From: an uncultured Acidobacteriota bacterium
GTDB taxonomy: Bacteria > Acidobacteriota > Thermoanaerobaculia > Gp7-AA8
Assembly: GCA_963741955.1 (NCBI GenBank)
Contig: CAVUKB010000004.1
Coordinates: 352,001 to 416,000 of the forward strand
Direction: 5' to 3'
DNA: 64,000 bases
The position numbers and the translations under genes are program-made. Each line of letters opens with the position of its first letter. Position 1 is the first letter of the stretch. The notes under the pieces are model-generated. The model was not told the DNA's origin, did not search any database, and worked only from the letters and a program-made list of their open reading frames with translations. Below are positions 36,905-46,496 of the stretch, piece by piece.

Positions 36905-39268
36905 ATGCGCGCGCTCGACCGAAAGCTGTTCCGCGATCTTCTGCATCTGAGGGGTCAGGTCATCGCCGTAGCGCTGGTGGTGGCGTGCGGTATCGCGACG
37001 TTCGTCACCATGCGCAGCGCGTACGAGTCTCTCCTGGTGACCCAGAAGCTCTACTACCGGACCTTCCGCTTCGCCGACGTCTTCGCGCAGCTCAAGCGCG
37101 CGCCCGAGAGCGTGGCCCATCGCATCGCCACCATCCCGGGAGTGACCGGGGTCGAGACGCGCGTGATCCGGGACGTGAACCTCGACGTTCCGGGGCTGGA
37201 CGAGCCGGCGACCGGACGGCTGATCTCCATTCCCGAACAGCACCTCCCGATGATCAACGATGTTTTCCTCCGGAAGGGAAGGTGGATCGAGCCAGGCTCC
37301 CCGGACGAGGTGATCATCAGCGAATCGTTCGCGAACGCGAATTCGCTCGACGTCGGCGATGCGTTGTCCGCAGTCATCAACGGGCGCTGGCAGCGCCTCC
37401 GGATCGTCGGCATCGGCCTCTCGCCGGAATACGTGTACGTGATCCGCGGCGCGGACATCTTCCCCGATCCGAAACGATTCGGCGTTCTCTGGATGGGACG
37501 ACGTACCCTCGGTCCGGCGCTGAACATGGAAGGGGCGTTCAACGACGTCTCGCTCACCCTCGCTGCCGGAGCCGACGAACAGGAAGTGATCGAGGCGGTC
37601 GACCGGCTCCTCGAGCAGTACGGTGGGCTCGGTGCCTACGGACGCTCCGAGCAGGTCTCGGATCAGTACCTCTCGAACGAGATCGCAGGCGACCGGGTGA
37701 CCGGCACGGTGCTTCCTGCGATCTTCCTCGCCGTCGCGGCATTTCTGGTTCACGTCGTCCTCTCGCGCCTCGTGCAGACCCAGAGGGATCAGATCGCAGT
37801 GATGAAGGCCTTCGGCTATTCGAGCGCGCGGGTCGGGCTTCACTTTCTCGAACTTTCGATGGCCGCGGTGGTCGCCGGTTCGGTGCTCGGAATCGGGGCC
37901 GGGATCTGGCTCGGTTCCGGCCTGATGAAGGTCTACGCCGACTTCTTCCAGTTCCCGGTCCTCCAGTTCGTTCTTCGCCCGGTGGTGGTGGAGCTCGCAG
38001 TCGGCATCAGCGTCGTCGCCGCCGCGGCTGGTGCCTGGCTCTCCGTCAGGCAGGCGGTCGCGCTTCCTCCTGCGGAGGCGATGAGGCCGGAAGCGCCACC
38101 CGTGTTTCATCGCGGTCTGCTGGAGAGGATGGGAGTGTTCCGCCACCTCTCGACTGGAGCGCGGATGATCGTGCGGAACATGGCCCGCCGGCGGGCGAAG
38201 GCGATCCTTTCCGCCCTCGGTGTCGCGATGGCGGTCGGAATTCTCGTGGTGGGGCGCTACTCTTTCGACGCGATCGACCTGATGATGCGGATCCAGTTCG
38301 AGACCGTGCAGCGGGAGAATGTGACCGTTCCTTTCAACGAGCCTCGCGGTGAGGAAGCAGCGAACGACATTCGCCATCTTCCCGGAGTGATGCACGTGGA
38401 GACATGGCGCGTCGTTCCGGTGAAGCTGCGCGCCGGTCATCGCCGGAAACGGACTGGTTTGATCGGCGTGCAGCCGCAGCCGGAGCTCCGCCGGATCGTC
38501 GACCGTTTCGGCCGTCCGGTCTCGCTTCCTCCCTCCGGCCTGGTGCTCTCGAAATACCTCGCGGACGAACTGAAGGTCCGCCCGGGCGACACCGTCACGA
38601 TCGAAGCGCTGGAAGGGGAGCGGCGGACGAGGAACTTCCCACTCACCGGCGTGGTCGACGATCTGATCGGGACGAGCGCGTACATGGACATCCGCGCGGT
38701 GAACCACTTCATGGACGAGGGTCGCGTCATCTCCGGAACGTATCTGCAGGTGGACCCGCGGCGCATCAAGAGCCTCTACGGCACGTTGAAGCAGACGCCG
38801 GCGGTCGCCGGAGTTGCGGTCCGCGAATCGATGCTCGCGAGCTTCAAACAGACGGTGGCGGAGAATCTCTCCATCTCGAACACCATCATCATCTTCTTCG
38901 CCTGCGTGATCGCCGCCGGCGTGGTGTACAACGGAGCGAGAATCGCTCTGAGCGAGCGAGGGCGCGAGCTCGCGAGTCTGCGGGTGCTCGGGTTTTCCAA
39001 CGCGGAGGTCGGTACGATCCTCCTCGGCGAGCAGGCGATCATCACGCTCATCTCGATTCCGGTCGGGTGCACGATCGGATACTGGATGAGCGCGCTCGTC
39101 AGCCGCGCACTCAGTTCGGAGCTCTACCGTCTTCCGTTGACCATCAGCTCCAGGACGTACGCGTTCGCGGCTCTGGTGGTCATTTTCTCGTCGATCGTCT
39201 CGTCCATCGGAATCTACCTGAGAATTCGAAGACTGGATCTGGTGGAAGTGCTGAAGACGCGTGAGTAG
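36905..39268 (+). CDS. ABC transporter permease (duplicated FtsX/MacB type)
   Basis: Two periplasmic-domain plus TM units; QIAVMKAFGYS and RELASLRVLGFS; C-terminal LVEVLKTRE. Confidence 0.93.
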   Translation: MRALDRKLFRDLLHLRGQVIAVALVVACGIATFVTMRSAYESLLVTQKLYYRTFRFADVFAQLKRAPESVAHRIATIPGVTGVETRVIRDVNLDVPGLDEPATGRLISIPEQHLPMINDVFLRKGRWIEPGSPDEVIISESFANANSLDVGDALSAVINGRWQRLRIVGIGLSPEYVYVIRGADIFPDPKRFGVLWMGRRTLGPALNMEGAFNDVSLTLAAGADEQEVIEAVDRLLEQYGGLGAYGRSEQVSDQYLSNEIAGDRVTGTVLPAIFLAVAAFLVHVVLSRLVQTQRDQIAVMKAFGYSSARVGLHFLELSMAAVVAGSVLGIGAGIWLGSGLMKVYADFFQFPVLQFVLRPVVVELAVGISVVAAAAGAWLSVRQAVALPPAEAMRPEAPPVFHRGLLERMGVFRHLSTGARMIVRNMARRRAKAILSALGVAMAVGILVVGRYSFDAIDLMMRIQFETVQRENVTVPFNEPRGEEAANDIRHLPGVMHVETWRVVPVKLRAGHRRKRTGLIGVQPQPELRRIVDRFGRPVSLPPSGLVLSKYLADELKVRPGDTVTIEALEGERRTRNFPLTGVVDDLIGTSAYMDIRAVNHFMDEGRVISGTYLQVDPRRIKSLYGTLKQTPAVAGVAVRESMLASFKQTVAENLSISNTIIIFFACVIAAGVVYNGARIALSERGRELASLRVLGFSNAEVGTILLGEQAIITLISIPVGCTIGYWMSALVSRALSSELYRLPLTISSRTYAFAALVVIFSSIVSSIGIYLRIRRLDLVEVLKTRE

Positions 39269-39276
39269 GAGAAGAA

Positions 39277-39337
39277 GCATCGAGGATCTGAATAGCATCG
39301 AGGATCGAGCCATCGAGGATCGAGCATCGAGGATCTG
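39277..39337. repeat. Degenerate heptamer repeats (GCATCGA/GGATCGA)
   Basis: Read directly; same family as 40570-40595 and 42313-42472. Confidence 0.75.
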
Positions 39338-39398
39338 AGAAGTCCGAAGTGGCGGGGAACTGAGCCCCGAGCGATTCAATGCAGTGGGAGTGGATGTG

Positions 39399-40577
39399 AT
39401 GGCGAAGCGGATTTCGAGGAAGCAGTTCATCTGGGGAGGCGCGTTGATCCTGGTCGTGATTCTGATCGCGATCGCTCTGATTCCGGAGCGGATCCCGGTC
39501 GACACGGCGAACGCGGAGAAGGGAGAGCTTCTCTCGACGGTGGAGGACAAAGGCGAGACGCGCGTACTCGACCGATTCCTGATCACGTCTCCGACCGCGG
39601 GCAAGCTGCGGCGTATCGAGCTGCGCCCGGGTGATCCGGTGAAGGAGGGAGAGGTGGTGACCAGGGTGGACCCGGTTCCACTCGACGTGAAGAGCCGGCG
39701 TGAGGCGGATGCACGGGTCGAAGCGGCCCGCCAGGCGGTCGACGAGGCGGCAGCGGTGGTGCGGAAGGCCTCCGCGACGGCCGACCAGGCGGAGCGTGAC
39801 GCGAAGAGGGGAGAGAAGCTCGCTCGCGAAGGCGTGGTCTCGAGCGAGTCCGCCGAGCAGGCGCGGCTTTCTCTGATCACGGCGCGTCGCGACCTCGACG
39901 CCGCGACTTCCCGTGCGCGTGCCTCGCGATATCAGCTCGAAGAAGCGAGAGCCGCCCTTCTCGGAACTTCCGGGGGTCAGGCCTCCACTCCGATCGAGCT
40001 TCGCTCTCCGGTCTCCGGACGCGTTCTGACGATCCCGGAGCGGAGCGCTCGCGTAGTCGCCGCAGGAGAGCCGATCGCCTCGATCGCCAATCCGAGCCGG
40101 ATCGAGCTGGTGGTCGAAGTCCTCTCCGCCGATGCAGTGAAGGTCGATCCGGGTGACGAGATCATCGTCGAGGAATGGGGCGGAGACCGTCCACTCCACG
40201 GACACGTTCGCGAAGTGGAGCCCGCCGGATACACGAAGATCTCCGCGTTGGGAGTCGAAGAGCAGCGCGTCCACGTGATCGGAGATCTCGATCAGCCTGC
40301 GCCGGAGCTCGGAGATGCGTACCGTATCGAAGCGAAGATCGTCACCTGGCGAGGGAACGTGCTGAAAGTTCCGGTCAGCGCCCTCGCACGAGCCGGCGAT
40401 CGCTGGTCCGTTTTCGTGGTCGAGAACGGCCGCGCGCGCCGGCGACTCGTCGAGATCGGCCATCGCAACCAGACCGAAGCGGAAGTGCTGAAGGGACTCT
40501 CCCCCGGCCAGACCGTGATCGTGCATCCGTCGAACGACATCTCGGACGGAAGCAGGGTGAAGGCATCTGAGATCTAG
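39399..40577 (+). CDS. Periplasmic adaptor (HlyD/MFP) of the ABC exporter
   Basis: N-terminal TM helix, lipoyl motifs, LRSPVSGRVL, KISALGVEEQRV, VPVSAL, GLSPGQTVIVHP. Confidence 0.92.
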   Translation: MAKRISRKQFIWGGALILVVILIAIALIPERIPVDTANAEKGELLSTVEDKGETRVLDRFLITSPTAGKLRRIELRPGDPVKEGEVVTRVDPVPLDVKSRREADARVEAARQAVDEAAAVVRKASATADQAERDAKRGEKLAREGVVSSESAEQARLSLITARRDLDAATSRARASRYQLEEARAALLGTSGGQASTPIELRSPVSGRVLTIPERSARVVAAGEPIASIANPSRIELVVEVLSADAVKVDPGDEIIVEEWGGDRPLHGHVREVEPAGYTKISALGVEEQRVHVIGDLDQPAPELGDAYRIEAKIVTWRGNVLKVPVSALARAGDRWSVFVVENGRARRRLVEIGHRNQTEAEVLKGLSPGQTVIVHPSNDISDGSRVKASEI

Positions 40578-40595
40578 GATCTGAAAGGCATCTAG

Positions 40596-42312
40596 CCCGG
40601 ATTTCTCACAGTAGGGAGAAAAAGACCGCCGTTCCGTGCTATTAAGTTGAGTGTGCACAACAACATCAACAGCACGGGAGGCGGCGGTATGAAGCAGACA
40701 GAGTGTAGCGGGAACGAGTTGCGATTCCAAGGGGTGGGAGGGCGTGAGATCGTCGCCAGGTTCGACGGTGGACAGCTCACTTCGGACGGGGGAGGGCTCC
40801 TGCTGCTCGAGACGGAAAGGCGGACGAGGATTCTGGAAAGGTTCGTCGGATGCTTTCGGGATTACCGAAAACGCACTTTGGTTCAGCACTCGCTCGAGTC
40901 GATGATCCGGCAGCGGGTGATGGGATTGGCTCTCGGATATGAAGATCTGAACGATCACGATTCTCTGCGTGAGGATCCGCTGATCGGGACCTTATCGGGC
41001 AAATCGGATCCCAGGCAGCCGCTGGCGGGCAAGAGTACGCTGAACCGGTTGGAGTTGACCCCGGATGGTCACGGGGAGGATCGATACAAGCGGATCGTCT
41101 ATGACGGAAACGCGATTGATAAATTCTTCGTCGACGTGTTCTTAAAATCCAGGTCGACTCCTCCGGATCAGATCGTGATTGATCTGGACACGACCGAGGA
41201 CAGAATCCATGGGAATCAGGAGGGGCGATTTTTCCACGGCCACTACGGGTCGTACTGCTATCTGCCACTCTACGTGTTCTGTGGACAGGATCTGCTCTGC
41301 GCACGTCTGCGAGAGGCGAGCGTCGGACCTGCCGAGGGAACGGTCGAGGAACTCAGGCGGATCATTGGGCAGATCCGTGAGAGCTGGCCGGATGTGAAGA
41401 TCGTGATTCGTGCTGATTCGGGATTCTGCTGCGACGAGATCCTGAGCTGGTGCGAGTCCGAAGGGATCGATTACGCGATCGGTCTGCCCAAGAACCGGCG
41501 CCTCGAGGCGATGATCGAGGCGGAGATGGCTCTGGTACGAGCCGAGTCGCAACATCTCTCCGAGGCGTGCCGCACCTACAAGGATCTGAACTACCGGACT
41601 CGCAAGAGCTGGAGCCGGTCCCGTCGTGTGGTGGCGAAAGCCGAGTACCTGGTGGACAAAGCCAACGGCAGGTTCGTCGTAACGTCGCTCCCGGTGGAGG
41701 CGATGGCGGTGAAGCCGCTGTACGAAGAGCTCTACTGTGAGCGCGGAGAGATGGAGAACCGAATCAAGGAACAGAAATGTTTTCTGTTTTCGGATCGGAC
41801 CTCGGCGGCAACGATGAGAGCAAATCAGTTGCGGCTCTGGTTTTCTTCGGCGGCCTATCTGCTGATGAATGCGTTGCGGCGGCTGGGACTGAAAGGAACC
41901 GAGCTGGCCACCGCTCAGTGCAACACAATTCGGCTGAAGCTGTTCAAGATCGGAGCACGGATCCGCGTGACCACGCGCAAGATATGGATCTCACTCTCGA
42001 GTGGGTATCCGATGACGAAGCTGTTCGCGCTGGTCTGCAGCAACTTAGCTCTTGCCTCTCCCTGAAGGCGGATCGTTCCTCAACTCATCTTCCCGCAACC
42101 ACGTCTGTTCAACTCTGAACCAGAGGAAACGTGTGTCTGAGCGTTGGCTGCACGATACTGCCCGAACCTCCGCCGCCCTCCGGAACCAGCGCCCAGTCAA
42201 ATAACTTCAGCCTTGTTCGACTCCAACTCTCCCCATTCCGGCAAAATCTACGCTGAACGCCCCCTTCAGCTCCGGTTGAACTCCCCCAAAAGAGTCTTGT
42301 GAGAAATGCGGG
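40596..42312 (+). mobile_element. IS1380 family insertion sequence (1717 bp)
   Basis: IRL CCCGGATTTCTCACA, IRR TGTGAGAAATGCGGG (14/15 match); CTAG direct repeat at 40592-40595 and 42313-42316; single transposase. Confidence 0.95.
40689..42065 (+). CDS. IS1380 family DDE transposase
   Basis: LTSDGGGLLL, GYEDLNDHDSLREDP, IDLDTT...HGNQEG...CYLPL, RADSGF, YCERGEMENRIKE; uninterrupted frame. Confidence 0.95.
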   Translation: MKQTECSGNELRFQGVGGREIVARFDGGQLTSDGGGLLLLETERRTRILERFVGCFRDYRKRTLVQHSLESMIRQRVMGLALGYEDLNDHDSLREDPLIGTLSGKSDPRQPLAGKSTLNRLELTPDGHGEDRYKRIVYDGNAIDKFFVDVFLKSRSTPPDQIVIDLDTTEDRIHGNQEGRFFHGHYGSYCYLPLYVFCGQDLLCARLREASVGPAEGTVEELRRIIGQIRESWPDVKIVIRADSGFCCDEILSWCESEGIDYAIGLPKNRRLEAMIEAEMALVRAESQHLSEACRTYKDLNYRTRKSWSRSRRVVAKAEYLVDKANGRFVVTSLPVEAMAVKPLYEELYCERGEMENRIKEQKCFLFSDRTSAATMRANQLRLWFSSAAYLLMNALRRLGLKGTELATAQCNTIRLKLFKIGARIRVTTRKIWISLSSGYPMTKLFALVCSNLALASP

Positions 42313-42516
42313 CTAGGATCGAGGATCGAGGATCTGAAAGGCATCGAGGATCTAGGATCTAGGATCTAGGATCTGAAAGGCACCGAGAATCGCGAATCTA
42401 GGATCGGGGATCTGAAAGGCATCGAGGATCGAGGATCGAGGATCTGAAAAGCATCTCGAGGATCTGAGGATCGCTTATCCGCTCCTCAGATATCAGATAA
42501 CCGATAACCGATAACA
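42313..42516. repeat. Heptamer repeat tract (GGATCGA/GGATCTA/GGATCTGAAA), then (GATAACC)n
   Basis: Read directly; continues the tract left of the IS (40570-40595). Confidence 0.85.
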
Positions 42517-42523
42517 GATGCTC

Positions 42524-43483
42524 CTATTTTCGGTCGGGTGACGAGTTGTAAAAGAACTGGCAGGTCACGCGCTCCGAGGGGTTCGGGAAGTCGGCGGGGA
42601 GGGGGTTGAGAGGGGAGGAGAGCTCGATTGCTTTCTTCGCCGCGAAGTCGTAGGGAGGAGTGCCTGAGCCCTGGACCACCTGAAGATCGGTGATGGAGCC
42701 GTTGCGCTGGATGGTGAAGCGGATCGTCACGACGCCTTTGAGTCCCATCCGGATGATCTCCGGCATGTTCGCGTACCAGTTGATGCGGATTCTCCGCACC
42801 ATCGCGTCGGCGTAGTCGCCCCACGGATACCACTGCGTCTCGAACGAGACGGGGCCGCTCTCCGCGAATCCGCTCTCGCCCCCTGATGCGCCGGCTCCTC
42901 CTCCGCCGAGTGCGGCCATTTTTCCGGCTTCACGAATCGCGGATTTCCAGTCGACGGCGCCGTCGGAGGCGGCTGGCTCACGCGCAGACGGTTCCCGAAA
43001 CGCGAGCGCCGCGTCGCTGGAGCTCTTCGACGGATCGCGATCGTGCTCGGAGTCCTGTTTCGAGCCGCGCTGGGCCTGCATTGCGGGAGTCGGAGGCGAA
43101 GGGGTGGAAGCCTGGCCGGGATTGCCCATGGGGGGGATGTACGCGCCTCCCGATCCGGGGCGCAGGGTCGGCTTCTCTCCGGTCGGGTTCGGCGTCGCAG
43201 CCCGGCGATTCCGGTTGGAGAACGGGGCATCGGGGGAGGGTGTCTGAGTCGTCGCCGCGCCGGGCGCTTCGGTGAATACGCGATCGGCCGCGGAGCCGCC
43301 AGCGCGAGGCTGCAACTCGACATACTCGATCGGACTCTTCTTCGGCGGCGGAGGAGCGGTCAGCGCGCGATAGGTCCAGAAACCGAGCAGCACCACGTGC
43401 ACCGCGAGCGATAGAAGGATTCCGAGCAGGATTCCCGACCCGGCGGGAGGCCTCTCCTCGATGAGATGGAGCTCTTGGTTCAC
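42524..43483 (-). CDS. TonB/TolA family protein
   Basis: TM helix SLAVHVVLL, Pro-rich linker, C-terminal GVVTIRFTIQRNGSITDLQVVQGSG...DFAAKKAI...PLPADF. Start inferred at GTG 43483. Confidence 0.85.
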   Translation of the reverse strand: MNQELHLIEERPPAGSGILLGILLSLAVHVVLLGFWTYRALTAPPPPKKSPIEYVELQPRAGGSAADRVFTEAPGAATTQTPSPDAPFSNRNRRAATPNPTGEKPTLRPGSGGAYIPPMGNPGQASTPSPPTPAMQAQRGSKQDSEHDRDPSKSSSDAALAFREPSAREPAASDGAVDWKSAIREAGKMAALGGGGAGASGGESGFAESGPVSFETQWYPWGDYADAMVRRIRINWYANMPEIIRMGLKGVVTIRFTIQRNGSITDLQVVQGSGTPPYDFAAKKAIELSSPLNPLPADFPNPSERVTCQFFYNSSPDRK

Positions 43484-43628
43484 GACGCGACCAGCCTCTG
43501 TACTAAAGAACCGCTCTCCCCGATTTGTTCCCCGGAGCTCTCGCGCGGAGCCGGATTCGTAATGTTCTGCCGCGGGTCGTAGAATCGAAGAAAACGTCCC
43601 GCCGCGCGAGGCGGGAGAGGGAGCGACC

Positions 43629-44315
43629 ATGACAGAGGTGACGGTGCCTCCGGAGAGTCAGGGCGAGCGTTTCGACTTCGGGCGGTCATTCGCGTTCGTC
43701 TTCGAGGATCCGGACTGGCTGAACAAGATTCTGCTGGGCGGATTGTTCTATCTGCTCGGTGTGGTGATCGTCGGATGGTTCATCGTCTTCGGGTATCTCG
43801 CCGCTCTTGCACGTAACGTCATCGCGGGTGTGGAACGGCCACTCCCTGAATGGAGCGGTATCGGCGACTACTTCGCCGAGGGCCTGAAGCTGTTTGCGGT
43901 CGGGCTGGTGTATCTCCTGCCGAACTTTCTCCTGGCTCTGATGTGGTTCGGTCTGTCTGTTCTCTTCGACGCATCGGACAGCTGGCGGGTTTCGGGGCCC
44001 TTCGCCATGGTGCTGCTGGCTCTCTTCTCGGTGCCGATCGTTCTGATCGTCTACGTCACCATGCCTGCGGCGCTGATCCGGGTGGTGGTGACCAGGCGCT
44101 TCTCCGCGGCCTTCGAGTTCGGTCGGGTATGGGACCTGATCCGCTTCAACGCCATCAATTACCTTCTGACGATCGCCACCTACATCATCGCGAGTTTCGT
44201 CGGACAACTCGGCTTCCTCCTCTGTTGCATCGGCGTGTTCTTCACCTCGTTCTGGGGACTGGTGGTGACCACCCACGCGATGGCGCAGACGTATCGATAC
44301 TCGAGTGTGAAATGA
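43629..44315 (+). CDS. DUF4013-like membrane protein
   Basis: FAFVFEDPDWLNKILLGG...GY...PLPEW...F.EGLK; multiple TM helices. Confidence 0.8.
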   Translation: MTEVTVPPESQGERFDFGRSFAFVFEDPDWLNKILLGGLFYLLGVVIVGWFIVFGYLAALARNVIAGVERPLPEWSGIGDYFAEGLKLFAVGLVYLLPNFLLALMWFGLSVLFDASDSWRVSGPFAMVLLALFSVPIVLIVYVTMPAALIRVVVTRRFSAAFEFGRVWDLIRFNAINYLLTIATYIIASFVGQLGFLLCCIGVFFTSFWGLVVTTHAMAQTYRYSSVK

Positions 44316-44788
44316 GCGAGAGGGAGATCCGGATCGCCGCGACCGGTATTCTGGTCGCGGCAGCGTTCCTTCCGCTCGCCGCGGTCGCGACGAATGCGGC
44401 GATCGTCCTCGGCGCACCTTCGTCGCTGCGGGTCGTCTTTCACGCCGTCTGTCACGGCATCCCGGACCGCTGCCTTCTCCTCTTTGGAGTGCCGCTTCCG
44501 CTTTGTGGACGCTGTTTCGGCTTTTACTGCGGCGTCGTGGCCGGTATCGGCTCCTCTCTCCTCTTCCGGCGCGCCGCCTGGTGGTCGTCCAATCCGCGGC
44601 TCTGGTTTCTGCTGATGGTCCCGATGGCGATCGACGGCGTGCTCGAGCTGTTCCACGTCTATGCCGGAACCAACCTGCTTCGTGCTGCGACGGGAGTGGC
44701 TGCGGGAGCCGGAATCGGCCTCTGGGCGATGGCTGCATTGACGAAGAGCCGGTGCGCCGAGCAGCCGCATCGTGTGGCGCCGCTCTGA
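44312..44788 (+). CDS. DUF2085-like membrane protein
   Basis: VCHGIPDRC...PLCGRCFGFY...PMAIDG...NLLRAATG; ATGA overlap with the upstream stop. Confidence 0.8.
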   Translation: MSEREIRIAATGILVAAAFLPLAAVATNAAIVLGAPSSLRVVFHAVCHGIPDRCLLLFGVPLPLCGRCFGFYCGVVAGIGSSLLFRRAAWWSSNPRLWFLLMVPMAIDGVLELFHVYAGTNLLRAATGVAAGAGIGLWAMAALTKSRCAEQPHRVAPL

Positions 44789-44917
44789 TTTTCTTGACGT
44801 TGTCTCGGCTGTTGCGCTACGCTTCCACCATTAGTTGAAGCGCTGGGAAATCGTTCATCACAAAGAACCTACAAGGTGTCGTGGTGTGTCGGCGGTTTCC
44901 GTAGAGTGCAGAACGCC

Positions 44918-45736
44918 ATGGCTTTTCAAGGGTCGCTAAAGGAACTGCCTCTTCCCGACATCATTCAGCTCGTGAGTGTCTCCGGGAAAACCGGGAGATT
45001 CACTCTCGTGAATGAGGGTCACAGCGGTCTGATCTACCTCAAGAACGGGCAGATGGTTCACGCCGAGTTGGGAGAGCTGATCGGCGAAGAGGCGATCTAC
45101 GCACTCGCCATCTGGAACTCGGGAGACTTCCAGTTCTCCCCGAGTGAAGAAGCGCCGCGCCAGACGATCACCCGCTCGAACACCAATCTCCTGATGGAAG
45201 CGGCGCGCCGTCTCGACGAGTGGAAGGTCCTTTCGAAGAAGATCCCTTCGGTGGAGCTGGTTCCCGAGCTCCACGCCCGGCAGAACCGCCGCGAGCAGAT
45301 CGTCCTCAATCCGCAGGAGTGGATGGTGATCACACGGCTCGATGGCCGTCATTCGATCGCCGAAGTGGGGAAGGCCCTCAACCTCTCCGCGTTCGACGTG
45401 GCGAAGGTGCTCTACGGACTGATCACCTCCGAGCTGGTCACCCTAAAAAAAAAATCTGAAAATCCCGTCATCGCTTCCGCAGAGCACGCAGAGCTTCTCG
45501 CTCTCGCAGACCGGATCCGCCGAATAGCCGAACAGCACCTCGGCGAATCCGGCCGGAAGTCGATCGACAAATACTTCGCGCTCGCCGTCGACGCAATCCG
45601 AAAGGGACATGGTCCCGCCGCGATCGACCTGATGGTCCGCGAATTCGAAAAGGCCGCGTCGCTTCTCGGCGGACTCGCCGTCACCGAGCGCCTCCGTTCG
45701 GAGATCTCCGAGATTCGAGAAGCGAAAGCCTCCTGA
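44918..45736 (+). CDS. DUF4388 (PATAN-like) domain protein
   Basis: MAFQGSLKELPLPDIIQLVSVSGKTG...IYLKNGQMVHA...W.SGDFQF...NLLMEAARRLDEW, then an HTH-like segment and a helical C-terminal domain. Confidence 0.85.
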   Translation: MAFQGSLKELPLPDIIQLVSVSGKTGRFTLVNEGHSGLIYLKNGQMVHAELGELIGEEAIYALAIWNSGDFQFSPSEEAPRQTITRSNTNLLMEAARRLDEWKVLSKKIPSVELVPELHARQNRREQIVLNPQEWMVITRLDGRHSIAEVGKALNLSAFDVAKVLYGLITSELVTLKKKSENPVIASAEHAELLALADRIRRIAEQHLGESGRKSIDKYFALAVDAIRKGHGPAAIDLMVREFEKAASLLGGLAVTERLRSEISEIREAKAS

Positions 45737-45740
45737 CTCG

Positions 45741-46496
45741 ATGACTTCCTCCTGGACCGTCGAAGACTCTCCCTTCGGTCGCATCGTCGTCGCGAACTCC
45801 CGGCCTCCCGCGACCGCACTCTTCTACACCACGGCCGATGATAGCGGTCGTCTCGGAGAGGACGTGGTGGACCGGCTCCGCGAATGGATCGGAGAGCGGT
45901 TCGGCATCTCCATCGACCGCTTTGGAACTTGCTCCCAGATTCACGGGACCGGCATTCAGCCGGTCACCGCCGCCGATTCCGCATGGTGCGAAACCGAGGG
46001 ATGCGACGCTCTCTGGACTGCCGAACCCAAGGCCGGGCTCGGCATCAAGGTTGCAGATTGCCTCCCCGTCGCGCTGGTGGATCCGGATGCCTTCGTGATT
46101 GCAGACATTCACTCCGGATGGCGGGGAACAGTGAAGAAAATCACGGAAAGAACCGTGTCGCGTCTTCGCGAAGAAAGCGGATTCGAAGCGGCCAGGGCGC
46201 ATGCGTACCTCGGCCCTTCCATCCGCCGCTGCTGCTTCGAGGTGGGGGAGGAAGTGGTCGATACGTTCATCGCGACGTTCGGTGAGCTCGCATGGCCGCA
46301 CATCGACCGATCCTTCGGTCCACGGCCCCATCTCGATCTGGCGGCGCTCACGCGCGACATCCTCCTTCAGCTCGGCCTTCGCTCCGAAACGATTCACGAT
46401 TCGGAGCTGTGCACCCGATGCGATGGTTCGCTGTTCCACTCTTACAGGCGCAGCGGCCCCGGTTCAGGCCGGAATCTCGCAATCGTGGCTCACTGA
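45741..46496 (+). CDS. pgeF: PgeF/YfiH laccase-like family protein
   Basis: QIHG, CDALWT, VADCLPV, IHSGWRG, LGPSIRRCCFEVG, CTRC, SYRR. Confidence 0.92.
   Translation: MTSSWTVEDSPFGRIVVANSRPPATALFYTTADDSGRLGEDVVDRLREWIGERFGISIDRFGTCSQIHGTGIQPVTAADSAWCETEGCDALWTAEPKAGLGIKVADCLPVALVDPDAFVIADIHSGWRGTVKKITERTVSRLREESGFEAARAHAYLGPSIRRCCFEVGEEVVDTFIATFGELAWPHIDRSFGPRPHLDLAALTRDILLQLGLRSETIHDSELCTRCDGSLFHSYRRSGPGSGRNLAIVAH

Noticed and set aside
36188-39880. 1230-aa minus-strand ORF and similar long antisense ORFs (e.g. 260-1786, 14966-16462, 27393-28934, 56517-58352)
   Set aside because: Shadow frames of well-supported genes in GC-rich DNA, with no recognisable motifs.
43130-43137. G8 tract in the TonB-like gene (and G7 in fabF) as phase-variation sites
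   Set aside because: Explained by adjacent Pro codons in GC-rich genes and too short to stand out, unlike the A10 tract.
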